A DNA stretch of 31,362 bases from Desulfatirhabdium butyrativorans. GTDB taxonomy: Bacteria; Desulfobacterota; Desulfobacteria; Desulfobacterales; DYRK01. The position numbers and the translations under genes are program-made. Under the pieces are notes generated by a model. The model was not told the origin of the DNA. It worked only from the letters and a program-made list of their open reading frames with translations, and ran no database searches. The stretch is from contig DYRK01000004.1 in the NCBI GenBank assembly GCA_020718785.1, positions 1 to 31,362 of the forward strand, read 5' to 3'. Positions 9,196 to 18,010 of the stretch are shown here, piece after piece (the first letter of the stretch is position 1; the number at the start of each line of letters is the position of its first letter).

Positions 9196-10383
9196 ATGAA
9201 ACTAGGAATAAAATATCTCGTTATATTGGTATGCCTGCCGGGGTTCTGCGGAATGGGTTTTGCGGGCGATCTGAATACGCTGAAGAAACTGATCGGAACT
9301 CAGGATTCCTTGCTGGTTGCGGATTCTCAGGGACAGATACTTTTTGCACAGAATGCGGATAAAAAGCTGATTCCTGCTTCCACATTGAAAATCCTGACCT
9401 CGCTGGCAGCTCTGCATTATCTTGGCACAGATTTCAGGTTTGTCACGGAATTTTATACGGACAGGGATTCCAACCTGAAAATAAAAGGATACGGCGATCC
9501 GGTTCTGATTTCGGAAGCCGTGTCGGAAATTGCCGAAAGCCTGAGTACAAAGCTCGGATCGTTCAATAATCTGGTGCTGGACATTTCCTATTTTGATCCG
9601 GCTCCGATTCCCGGAGTGACCGTCACGCTGAATCCTTATGATGCCCCGAACGGGGCATTGTGCGTCAATTTCAACACGGTTTTTTTTAAACGGGAACCGG
9701 ATGGCTCTTACAGCAGTGCGGAACCCCAGACTCCGCTGCTGCCCTTTGCTTTAAAGAAAATAGCGGGATACGGGCTGAAACAGGACAGAGTAATACTTTC
9801 GCAGGAACAGGATGAGATCACTCTTTACGCCGGGGCTATGTTTGACTATTTCCTGAAACAGCATGGCATCCGAAGTGAGGGCGAGATAAGACTCGGAAAG
9901 GTTGACAAAACGGATAAACTTATATTAAGGCATTTGTCTAAGTTCTCACTTCAGGATGTTATTGCAAGACTGCTTGAATATTCAAATAATTTTATTGCAA
10001 ACCAGACGCTTCTCGCCATAGGCGCAAAGGTTTACGGTGGTCCGGCGACTCTGGAAAAAGGGGTTCAGGCTGTATTGTCTTATGCAGCGGATGTCTTGAA
10101 ACTGAAGGATATCCGCCTTGCCGAAGGCTCCGGTATTTCAAGAGAAAACCGGATTTCGGCAAAAGACCTGATGGTCTGTCTCGAAGCTTTTGAGCCTTAC
10201 CATGCGCTCATGCGGCATCAGGGCAGAGAATTCTTCAAAACCGGCAGCTTGAACGGAGTCAAAACGCGTGCAGGCTACATTGATGACGGAGCCGGCGGTC
10301 TGTACCGTTTCGCGGTGATGGTCAATACCCCCGGCAAATCAGCAGATGCTGTCATGTCACGTCTGCTCAATGCCTTGCCGTAG
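9196..10383 (+). CDS. dacB: D-Ala-D-Ala carboxypeptidase/endopeptidase (PBP4, peptidase S13)
   Basis: SxxK (PASTLK), SNN (YSNNF), KTG (KTGSL), GYGDP and EGSGISRENR motifs, plus a signal peptide. Confidence 0.92.
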   Translation: MKLGIKYLVILVCLPGFCGMGFAGDLNTLKKLIGTQDSLLVADSQGQILFAQNADKKLIPASTLKILTSLAALHYLGTDFRFVTEFYTDRDSNLKIKGYGDPVLISEAVSEIAESLSTKLGSFNNLVLDISYFDPAPIPGVTVTLNPYDAPNGALCVNFNTVFFKREPDGSYSSAEPQTPLLPFALKKIAGYGLKQDRVILSQEQDEITLYAGAMFDYFLKQHGIRSEGEIRLGKVDKTDKLILRHLSKFSLQDVIARLLEYSNNFIANQTLLAIGAKVYGGPATLEKGVQAVLSYAADVLKLKDIRLAEGSGISRENRISAKDLMVCLEAFEPYHALMRHQGREFFKTGSLNGVKTRAGYIDDGAGGLYRFAVMVNTPGKSADAVMSRLLNALP

Positions 10384-10423
10384 GTGTGTAGAAAAAAGTT
10401 TCCGAATAACTGCATTTAAGCAC

Positions 10424-10564
10424 ACTACCGGACAATTTTTCAGACCGTTCTGCTGAAACGGACAAAAAACGGCTTGCAAAGCCGTTTTACAGTAAAACGA
10501 TTTTGCAAATCGTTTCTGTTTCAGTCTGAATAAAATCAGAATGTTATGATTTTTTGTCCGGTAG
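10424..10564. repeat. Composite nested hairpin sharing modules with the MITE-like family
   Basis: actaccggacaa (10424-10435) pairs with ttgtccggtagt (10553-10564). Internal aaaacggcttgcaaagccgtttt and gtaaaacgattttgcaaatcgttt modules also occur in the 30821-31307 array. Confidence 0.75.
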
Positions 10565-10724
10565 TCTGGCATTTAAGTTATAATTCATGTTACGCAGCCG
10601 GTGCGTGAATTCCCCCTTCATCCCTTTCCAAAAGGGGAAAACGGCACTGATGCGTAACATGAGTTATAAGATAGTTAAAAATGCAGCAGCGGTCAACGAT
10701 CATGAAATTCAGGAGTGCCATACT

Positions 10725-11360
10725 ATGAACATTGAGAAAAAGGATTTTGACAAAGAGGCTGCCTCTTGGGACGAAAATCCGGCAAGAGTCAAGCTGGCAA
10801 AAGATGTTGCCGATGCCATATCCAAACAGATCATACTGACATCGGATATGAATGCTGCGGACTTCGGCTGCGGAACAGGGCTGTTGACCACCCTGCTGCA
10901 GCCCTTGGTCCGTTCTGTCGTCGGCATTGACAGTTCGCAGGGAATGCTCGATATCTTCAATACGAAGATTGCCAAGCTGAAGCTGACCAATGTCAGTTCT
11001 CTGCTTTTCGATTTTGACAAGGGCGATACTCTTGCAGGCAATTATGATCTGATTGTAAGCAATATGACTCTTCATCATGTCAGGGAAATAATACCTCTTT
11101 TCCGTCAATTTTATAACATCACTGCACCCGCCGGTTATCTGTGCATTGCTGATTTAGACTTGGATAACGGTCAGTTTCATGACAACAACACCGGTGTATT
11201 CCACTTAGGATTTGATCGGGCAGCACTGCACAGGATTTTTACAGATGCGGGCTTCGGTAATGTTCAGGATATTGCCGCGGCAGAAGTGGTGAAACCGACT
11301 CCTGATGGAAAAATGAGGCAGTTTACAGTGTTTCTGATGACCGGCCGTAAATCTCCTTGA
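10725..11360 (+). CDS. Class I SAM-dependent methyltransferase
   Basis: DFGCGTGLL motif I, GIDSSQGML, YDLIVSNMTLHHV and IADLD. Start reassigned to ATG 10725 because AGGAG lies at 10711-10715. Confidence 0.9.
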   Translation: MNIEKKDFDKEAASWDENPARVKLAKDVADAISKQIILTSDMNAADFGCGTGLLTTLLQPLVRSVVGIDSSQGMLDIFNTKIAKLKLTNVSSLLFDFDKGDTLAGNYDLIVSNMTLHHVREIIPLFRQFYNITAPAGYLCIADLDLDNGQFHDNNTGVFHLGFDRAALHRIFTDAGFGNVQDIAAAEVVKPTPDGKMRQFTVFLMTGRKSP

Positions 11361-11362
11361 AC

Positions 11363-11516
11363 TATTCTTGCCGCCGTCATAATTTGCGCTTCTGTAAAAC
11401 GCCCAAGCTGAAACAGACGCAAATCGTTTTTGCGGAGAAAACGGTCTGCGTCTGTTTTAAGCAGAGGCGTTTTACTGCAGTGTCCGAAAGCGCAGTTTAT
11501 AACGGTGGGCAGTATA
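11363..11516. mobile_element. MITE-like ~154-bp palindromic element (full copy)
   Basis: Imperfect 29-bp terminal inverted repeats (22/29) with TA at the ends and nested inverted modules gtaaaacgcc/ggcgttttac and aaacagacgcaaatcgtttt/aaaacggtctgcgtctgttt. It fills the gap between convergent genes. Related copies are at 24746-24889, 30138-30208 and 30821-31307. Confidence 0.7.
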
Positions 11517-11529
11517 TATATAACCTTAT

Positions 11530-12312
11530 TCAGGAACAGCCGCCAAAATTCATCATCCCGAAATACCAGAGAATTATCATATCTCCGAAAAAGATGTAAG
11601 TCATTGCGCCGATAGACAGAAATGGACCGAAAGGAACAGCAAGTTTCATATCTTTACGGCTATGAACCATGATAATGATGCCGATAAGCGTCCCCACAGC
11701 AGATGCAACAAAAATGGTAAACAGTACGCCTTTCCATCCGATAAGAACGCCGATCATTGCCAGCAGCTTGATATCGCCGCCGCCCATGCCTTCTTTTTTG
11801 GAGACAAACTGATAGGTCACGGCAATCAGATAAAGACTTCCCCCGCCTGCCAGCAATCCCAGCAACGAGTCTTTCCATGTCATGCCCGGAATCGCAAAGG
11901 CAGCCAGAAAAAAAACGGGAATTCCGGGAATGGAAATAACATCCGGGATGATCTGATGATCCAGATCAATGTAGGTAATGACTACCAGAGTTATAATAAA
12001 GACATAATAAACAAGAGCCTCTCCTGTGAAACCGAACTTGAGAAATGCACAGACCGCGAACAGTCCGCTCATGAGTTCCACCATCGGATACCTCAGCGAT
12101 ATCGGAGTACGGCATTGACGGCACTTTCCCCTGAGCCAAATATAGCTCAGTATGGGAATATTATCGTAAAACCTGATACTGTAGCCGCAGCCGGGACATG
12201 AGGAAGGGGGATAGACAATGGATTTTGAAATCGGCACCCGGTATATGCAGACATTCAAAAAGCTTCCGATACACAGTCCGAATATGAAAACAAAAATCTC
12301 AATTCCGAGCAT
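11530..12312 (-). CDS. pilD: Type IV prepilin peptidase/N-methyltransferase
   Basis: GSFLNVCIYRVP, two CxxC pairs, YIDLDHQIIPD, MGGGDIKL and PFGPFL motifs. Confidence 0.96.
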   Translation of the reverse strand: MLGIEIFVFIFGLCIGSFLNVCIYRVPISKSIVYPPSSCPGCGYSIRFYDNIPILSYIWLRGKCRQCRTPISLRYPMVELMSGLFAVCAFLKFGFTGEALVYYVFIITLVVITYIDLDHQIIPDVISIPGIPVFFLAAFAIPGMTWKDSLLGLLAGGGSLYLIAVTYQFVSKKEGMGGGDIKLLAMIGVLIGWKGVLFTIFVASAVGTLIGIIIMVHSRKDMKLAVPFGPFLSIGAMTYIFFGDMIILWYFGMMNFGGCS

Positions 12313-12329
12313 AAATATCTCCTCAGAAA

Positions 12330-12388
12330 AAGTGAGAAGTGAGAAGTGAGAATTGAATATTCACTTCTCACTTTTCAATTCTCACTTT
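12330..12388. repeat. Heptamer repeats in inverted blocks (AAGTGAG x3 / CTCACTT-type)
   Basis: aagtgagaagtgagaagtgagaattga...tcacttctcacttttcaattctcacttt. The block overlaps the stop of the upstream reductase gene. Confidence 0.75.
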
Positions 12389-14442
12389 CCTCCCCTGGCT
12401 TCAAGGGCAAGCTGTCTCACTTTGGCGATATCCTCATCCGTAAACACACCGTTTACACCGCTTATAGCAGCAAGTTTCATGCCGTGTCTGAGACCCATTT
12501 TATAAATTTCTCTCACCTTTTGCCATTCAATATCCCGACCGATGGTAAAATTCTCAAACCGCCCCTCCAAAGCCAGCACAATGGTTTCGGCAAGGCAGGC
12601 ATAAACGACTCTCGGCGGCAGTCCGATACTCTTCATCTCCGGGTTTCCGGGCAGTTCGATTTCTCCGGATTCTATTACCAGCACATCAGGGCGTTTTCTC
12701 ACATCCTCGGGCGAGAGATCCAGGGGTCTGGCAACATCGGTGATGACACACCCGGGCTTGACTTTTGTTATGTCTAAAACGGTTTTGCCCGCGCCGGAAG
12801 TTGCAGTTACAATCACATCCATATCGGGAAGAAATCTGTCGGCACGGGTTGAAAGATAGAGTTTGACTTCCGGTGTTTCCGTGAGAATAGATTCTTTTAA
12901 TGCGAGCAGTTTTGCCATATTTCTGCCTGCCATGTAAACTTCCTCAAAAGCATACGCGAGCAATCGACAACATACTGAGCCGATAGCGCCGGTTGCGCCC
13001 ATGACCATGGCTTTTGCCTTGATTTTTTTCCCGGGTTCGGTTTGGATCAGCCCTATACGGCGAACAGCATCTGCCGCAGCCCAGAGCGCGCCGGACGCGC
13101 TGTAGCTGTTGCCGGTAGTAATAGGAATATCTGCCAGCTTTGCTACCGTAACTCCGGAATCTCCTACTACTTTGGTGAAAGCTCCGAGTCCCATGATCTG
13201 CGCGCCCATGCGTTTTGCCATTTTAGCAGCCTGCAACAGACGCTTGTAGGTAAACTCAGGCTCATGAGACATCATCTGTTTCGGGGTTCCGCCCACGGTA
13301 ATCAGCCAGCCTTCTGCTTCTACACCCGTAGGAGACTTGATGCCCGTGACTTTGGAGTAAACCCAGGGCGGAGCGTAAGCCACAACCTTTTCTACCGCGT
13401 CCATAAACGCGGGGGGTGTGACTTTGGACAGATATTTCACGGTCTTGTCTTTTTTCAGATATTCTTTTGAAAGCGGATGAATCACAAAAGCAAAACGGTT
13501 CACCCGTTTGGAATCTCCGGAAGGAAAGACGACTCGTGGATCCATGCGCTGTTCGCTGATGATTTCCAGAAAATCGTCATTCGTGATTTCCTCGGGAGGT
13601 TTTTCCAAAGCCGCCACAATCAAGGCTTCCAGCACATTGACTCCCACCACCTGCCGGAGTATTTTCGGGGTGGAGTCAATCACCACATTCACGCCTCTTT
13701 CTTTCAGAAAACGAATCTGATCATCATAAACCGTTGAACTGATGACAATTTTTCCGCCCAATTCTTCGATAGTGCATTTTTCCACATACTTGTAGAAGTC
13801 ATAATACGGCACTACGATGATGTTTGCCTTCTGCATGGCTTTGCGGATGATGTATTCATTCCATTTCCGTAAAGGAATGACCGAAGAAGAAAGCTGTTTT
13901 CCGGGGAGCCATTTCAGTACCTCATGAGCCTGATTGGCGTATAAATCCAATTCGTTCAACGAATTGAGAAATTTGGAGATGCCGTTTTCCAGAACCGGAT
14001 CTGCAAAAGTCAGATTTTCCGTGTATTCGGACATGACTTTGGACATGGAGTAATTGGTCATGCCTGAAAGAAATAACACTTTGGCATTATTGAAGTAGTT
14101 ATTTCCGAATTTGAATTGAATGTGACGAAAAGACCATTCATGTCCGACTTTCCGCAGATTTTCTCCTGTCATTACAGGGGTACGAAGCCGGGAAGTCAGT
14201 TTTTTCAATTTCTCGGAAAGGTTTTGTCTCAGGTGTTCAGGTCCGATATCATAAGGAAATCTGATATGACCCAGACCCATGGCATCTGCTTCTTTATCCC
14301 AAAGGGACAAAAGATCGGCAGCTTTTTCCAGACTCCCGTCGGTTCCGATCCGCCGGATATAGAAATCCTGCCCCAGAAATTCCGTCTCAAACTCATAATC
14401 TCTCCCGCTCGGTCCCAGACTGATGCTTACTACTTGTTTCAC
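12382..14442 (-). CDS. Two-domain NAD(P)-dependent reductase with a C-terminal acyl-ACP-reductase-like (COG5322-type) domain
   Basis: The C-terminal half has RFAFVIHPL, LGAFTKVV, TTGNSY, Rossmann GATGAIGS and YACLAE, parallel to the cyanobacterial AAR motifs LGGFTSII, TTGNTH, GATGDIGS and FACFAE (catalytic Cys). The N-terminal ~310 aa (VVSISLG...) is a separate domain of unknown function. Confidence 0.7.
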   Translation of the reverse strand: MKQVVSISLGPSGRDYEFETEFLGQDFYIRRIGTDGSLEKAADLLSLWDKEADAMGLGHIRFPYDIGPEHLRQNLSEKLKKLTSRLRTPVMTGENLRKVGHEWSFRHIQFKFGNNYFNNAKVLFLSGMTNYSMSKVMSEYTENLTFADPVLENGISKFLNSLNELDLYANQAHEVLKWLPGKQLSSSVIPLRKWNEYIIRKAMQKANIIVVPYYDFYKYVEKCTIEELGGKIVISSTVYDDQIRFLKERGVNVVIDSTPKILRQVVGVNVLEALIVAALEKPPEEITNDDFLEIISEQRMDPRVVFPSGDSKRVNRFAFVIHPLSKEYLKKDKTVKYLSKVTPPAFMDAVEKVVAYAPPWVYSKVTGIKSPTGVEAEGWLITVGGTPKQMMSHEPEFTYKRLLQAAKMAKRMGAQIMGLGAFTKVVGDSGVTVAKLADIPITTGNSYSASGALWAAADAVRRIGLIQTEPGKKIKAKAMVMGATGAIGSVCCRLLAYAFEEVYMAGRNMAKLLALKESILTETPEVKLYLSTRADRFLPDMDVIVTATSGAGKTVLDITKVKPGCVITDVARPLDLSPEDVRKRPDVLVIESGEIELPGNPEMKSIGLPPRVVYACLAETIVLALEGRFENFTIGRDIEWQKVREIYKMGLRHGMKLAAISGVNGVFTDEDIAKVRQLALEARGGK

Positions 14443-14468
14443 GATATCCCCCCTATATAATTGATTAT

Positions 14469-14548
14469 TGAGAAGTGAGAAGTGAAAAATAAATCACTTT
14501 CCATTTCTCACTTCTCACTCTTCACTTCTCACTCTTCATTTCTCACTT
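14469..14548. repeat. Heptamer repeats in inverted blocks (AAGTGAG / TTCTCAC)
   Basis: gagaagtgagaagtga...tttctcacttctcactcttcacttctcactcttcatttctcacttc. The block supplies the ferredoxin C-terminus and stop. Confidence 0.75.
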
Positions 14549-14778
14549 CCTATCGCGTTTGCCGGACAGGCATTCATTGCCTCGGCACAGCGTTCCTCTT
14601 CCTCTGCACTTTCCGGCTGTTTACAGACATAGTTGCAGTCTGTTTCCAGTTCCTCATCCGAATCGGATCTGAAATTATCCGGAGCGATCTCGCTGCAAAG
14701 CATACAGCCGATACAGGCTTCGCTGACGTAGTATTTCCCATAAACATTGTTTTTGAATTTTCGTCTGTTATTACACAT
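14536..14778 (-). CDS. Single-cluster ferredoxin
   Basis: CIGCMLC...CPANAI (CxxCxxC...CP) preceded by the GKYYV motif. Confidence 0.88.
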   Translation of the reverse strand: MCNNRRKFKNNVYGKYYVSEACIGCMLCSEIAPDNFRSDSDEELETDCNYVCKQPESAEEEERCAEAMNACPANAIGSEK

Positions 14779-14821
14779 AAAAAAATACCGCAGGGACGGC
14801 AGCCGAATTATTTCTTTTTTT

Positions 14822-14985
14822 TCGTTCCCAAGCCGGGCTTCAATGCCTTTAAGTTAAAGAACTATCCGGATAAAGTCCGGCACAGCAGAGCGGGTTTGAA
14901 ACCCGCTCTGCTGTATATGCCAAAATTTCATTTTAGCACTCCTCACCTTTAACTTAATGGCAGTGAGCCGGGGCTTGGGAACGAG
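14822..14985. repeat. Composite repeat with TCGTTCCCAAGC/GCTTGGGAACGA ends and an internal GCGGGTTTGAAACCCGC hairpin (14883-14913)
   Basis: The ends match the 5860-5953 family and the internal hairpin matches 5778-5800. Confidence 0.75.
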
Positions 14986-14996
14986 AAATGAACCTC

Positions 14997-16829
14997 TCAT
15001 GACATGACGAGATGTTCCAGTCCTTTTTCCCTGAGAAATTTGGGATACAACGCGTACGCGGGCTTGAGAATCGGCAACAGTTTGATAGTCTTGGGTACAT
15101 TGCCTTTGGCAACGACCTGCCGGCGAGTCAAAGCAGAGACCAGATTGGCTTTTCCATGCCAGAATTTATGAGCAAAGTCCGCATTCATCGTCATGGTGAC
15201 TTCCGGCTTACCGTCAAACTCACCCTTCTGAATCAGCAGTTCCTCTCCGGTAGCGTCAATGGTAATCACGCCGTCAGGGTTTTTGTAAACAAACTGGACA
15301 CAGAGATTGCTCTTTTTCAATCCCGGGCCTATATCCGGATCACTCTTCAATTTCTCGTAGAAATTCACCAGCACATCATAAAGCATGTCAGTGTCTTTAA
15401 AGACATTCTTCATTTCCTTCGCGCCGAATTTGGCTGCCGAGGGACGGAGGTCTTCTTCTGTAACCGGAAGCGGTTCCGCCTTTGCCTCATACAGCTTTCC
15501 GATGATGGCAATGACATCATCTTTACGGGGTTCCACAGGATTATACAGCATGGAACCGTCTTCCATAGCGGTAGTTGCCAATTGTTCCAGTTTTGCCAGA
15601 TTGTCGTCAATCCCTGCTTCTTTCAGATTCAGGGGCAGTTTTGTGAGATAAGCCAACTGGCGGTTCAATGTCCGTATTTTTTCGATACCGGCGCCGGCTG
15701 CCTGCTTTCGGACCCATCCGTCAATAAATCCCAGATTGCCGATGACTTTTGCCACTGCTCCCCTTGCTTTGAAGGATTTCATATCAAACCATTCTTTGGT
15801 ATCGGAAGAGGAAAACAGGTTCTTAACTGCATTCAGACTGCATGATTTCAAAAGGCTTCGGCTTTCGTTGATGATTTCCGGAAAATCAATTCCCAGTGCG
15901 GCGGCAATGTCTGCAAACCGCTCGGTCTGGCTTTCCAGATTGTACTCCATGACTTCCGGCAGCACAATGGCATTTGCCACACCGTGAGGAATATGATACA
16001 CTCCGCCCAGCGCATGTGCAATAGCATGAGTCATTCCCACCATCGAATGGGAGAATGCAACGCCGGCAAGAAAACTTCCCACGAGCATACTTCCACGTGC
16101 CTGCAAATCTTCGGGATGCGCGCAGGCCTGCAAAATATTGCCGCTGATGAGCCGGATGGCATGAAGAGCCATGGCATCCGAAGCCGGTGACCATTCCTTA
16201 TCTGTGTAAGCCTCGATAGCATGAGTCATGGCATCCATACCCGTAGCAGCAGTCAGTTTGCCGGGCATTGATACGGTCACTTCAGGATCGAGAATTGCCA
16301 TCTGCGGGAGGAACTGGTCTTCTGCAAAAGGCAGCTTCACGTCATGGTCAGGGTCAGCGACCACTGCTACTTTGGTAACTTCCGAACCGGTTCCCGCGGT
16401 AGTAGGAATAAATATGGCGGGCAGCAGGGCATCGTTTTTATCCAACAGATACGCGCCCATGTGATCCGCCACTTTTCCGCCTTTGACTAAAAGGAGATTG
16501 GCGACTTTTGCCGTATCAATGACACTTCCGCCGCCGATGGCGATAATCATGTCGCACTGATGCGATCTCGCAAGTTCTGCACAGGATTCAACGGTTTTAA
16601 TGGTAGAATTGGGCGGAACATCGTCATACAGACAGACAATCTCAATATTCGTGTTTTCAAAACCTTTTTTCACCTTATCCGCGGGACCGGCTTTGACCAA
16701 TATCTTATCTGTCACCAGCACGGCTCTGCGCGGTCCGAACTGTCTGACCGCATTTCCGATATTGTTAAGAATGCCGATGCCGTAAATCACTTTTGTAGGG
16801 AGAGTAAATTCGAAATATTCGGGTAGCAT
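14997..16829 (-). CDS. Iron-containing alcohol dehydrogenase fused to a C-terminal SCP2 lipid-binding domain
   Basis: AIGGGSVIDTAK, IPTTAGTGSEVT, GMDAMTHAIEAY, HAIAHALGG and HGVANA Fe-ADH motifs. The C-terminal ~130 aa (VTMTMNADFAHKFWHGKANLVSALTRRQVVAKG) is SCP2-like. Confidence 0.88.
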   Translation of the reverse strand: MLPEYFEFTLPTKVIYGIGILNNIGNAVRQFGPRRAVLVTDKILVKAGPADKVKKGFENTNIEIVCLYDDVPPNSTIKTVESCAELARSHQCDMIIAIGGGSVIDTAKVANLLLVKGGKVADHMGAYLLDKNDALLPAIFIPTTAGTGSEVTKVAVVADPDHDVKLPFAEDQFLPQMAILDPEVTVSMPGKLTAATGMDAMTHAIEAYTDKEWSPASDAMALHAIRLISGNILQACAHPEDLQARGSMLVGSFLAGVAFSHSMVGMTHAIAHALGGVYHIPHGVANAIVLPEVMEYNLESQTERFADIAAALGIDFPEIINESRSLLKSCSLNAVKNLFSSSDTKEWFDMKSFKARGAVAKVIGNLGFIDGWVRKQAAGAGIEKIRTLNRQLAYLTKLPLNLKEAGIDDNLAKLEQLATTAMEDGSMLYNPVEPRKDDVIAIIGKLYEAKAEPLPVTEEDLRPSAAKFGAKEMKNVFKDTDMLYDVLVNFYEKLKSDPDIGPGLKKSNLCVQFVYKNPDGVITIDATGEELLIQKGEFDGKPEVTMTMNADFAHKFWHGKANLVSALTRRQVVAKGNVPKTIKLLPILKPAYALYPKFLREKGLEHLVMS

Positions 16830-16877
16830 TATGGTTTCCTTTCTTCAGCAGATGAATTGAATTTCAGACATATATAA

Positions 16878-17459
16878 CTACGACAGCAGATTATTTTTCA
16901 TAATATAATCTTTTTCGGATCTGAGATTGGCTATTTCAAAGGTGAGTTTGTCCAATCTTTCCCAAATAATATTCATCAGTTCCAATAATTGATTTCCATC
17001 CAAATCTCCGGTGACAAAAAACTCTTTGACACTTTTTTTCTGATAAGAAAATGGGCTGATTTTTTCGGTATAGCAGAAGTCGGCAATTCTTATACATGCC
17101 TGAGATAAACGGAAGACCGCATCTCCCGCATCCGAAAAATCTTCCCGGATATGTATGAACAATTCTCCGTTTTCTTCGTGGACTTTTAACAAGTTGCAAA
17201 TCTGCTCCGCAAGATTCCTATTTTTTGGATTTTTATAAACAGATATATGCAAATCTGCCAAATATGAAAAAGTCTGCCCCATATCTGTCAGATAATATCC
17301 GCCTGTCGAAGAATTGTCCATACCTAAAAATACGTCAATATATGAACCTTCTGGATACATAAATACGGTTTGCAGCCGTATAAGCCGTTCATCAACAGAA
17401 TCACAGGCAGTTATCACAGAAGATTTTTGAATGTTTTTTATAATATTACAATCTATCAT
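16878..17459 (-). CDS. DUF1828-like protein
   Basis: FMYPEGSYIDVF and YYLTDMGQT motifs. The ATG at 17459 overlaps the upstream stop (ATGA), so I reassigned the start there. Confidence 0.6.
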   Translation of the reverse strand: MIDCNIIKNIQKSSVITACDSVDERLIRLQTVFMYPEGSYIDVFLGMDNSSTGGYYLTDMGQTFSYLADLHISVYKNPKNRNLAEQICNLLKVHEENGELFIHIREDFSDAGDAVFRLSQACIRIADFCYTEKISPFSYQKKSVKEFFVTGDLDGNQLLELMNIIWERLDKLTFEIANLRSEKDYIMKNNLLS

Positions 17460-17881
17460 GTCGGCTCCTTGAATTCGCCCCGGTGTTCGATTTTTGCTTC
17501 TTTGCAAATAATTTTCCAAACTTCACGGGGCGTTTTTCCCTCCAAATCCGGTCGGGCAATTGCTTCCGGTAAATTTCTCTGCGGGTCTCCTTCGTTAATC
17601 ACTTCGTGTTTATGTGTTCTGCCTTTATCTTTATGGAAAGTACCATTAACATCAACCCTGCAAATAGGTCCTAATCCCTTTAATACAAAATTATATGTAA
17701 TTTTTTTTATTCGAGGCGAATATGTTCCATTAAGGAATATTTTATAACCGATTCGATTATAAATAACTATTTTATCGAAACTCAGGTTCGGACCGGTTTC
17801 AGGAGAGGCTCTGAATTCTATATCGTCATCAATATATTTGCCATCAAGACCTCTTAATATCTCAAAGTCGCTTCTATTCAT
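17456..17881 (-). CDS. DUF6978-like protein with an H-x6-H-x-H motif
   Basis: CRVDVNGTFHKDKGRTHKH and C-terminal CKEAKIEHRGEF resemble the family normally found upstream of DUF1828. The gene is AT-rich. Confidence 0.5.
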   Translation of the reverse strand: MNRSDFEILRGLDGKYIDDDIEFRASPETGPNLSFDKIVIYNRIGYKIFLNGTYSPRIKKITYNFVLKGLGPICRVDVNGTFHKDKGRTHKHEVINEGDPQRNLPEAIARPDLEGKTPREVWKIICKEAKIEHRGEFKEPT

Positions 17882-17942
17882 TTTTTCTGCCTTTAAAGCC
17901 TAATTATTTTTGATAGTTCAAAGGTAATGACTGCACTCTGAA

Positions 17943-17973
17943 GAAACTGAGTTTTTTCAAAAAACTCAGTTTC
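17943..17973. terminator. Perfect 15-bp hairpin GAAACTGAGTTTTTT-C-AAAAAACTCAGTTTC (REP-like or terminator)
   Basis: Perfect inverted repeat about 40 nt downstream of the M48 peptidase stop. Confidence 0.55.
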
Positions 17974-18010
17974 CGAGGGTTGAATATTGCCGGCTAAAGA
18001 GACAAGATAA

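Noticed and set aside
10566-10582. Sigma54 promoter (tggcatttaagttat)
   Set aside because: The -12 GC dinucleotide is missing, and the site lies at the edge of a repeat.
12382-14442. Cyanobacterial-type alkane biosynthesis
   Set aside because: No aldehyde-deformylating oxygenase is present, and the gene content suggests an anaerobe.
15012-15845. 277-aa plus-strand ORF, and similar ORFs at 11662-12201, 18098-18745, 20781-21353 and 28583-29374
   Set aside because: Antisense to well-supported genes, with no recognisable domains.
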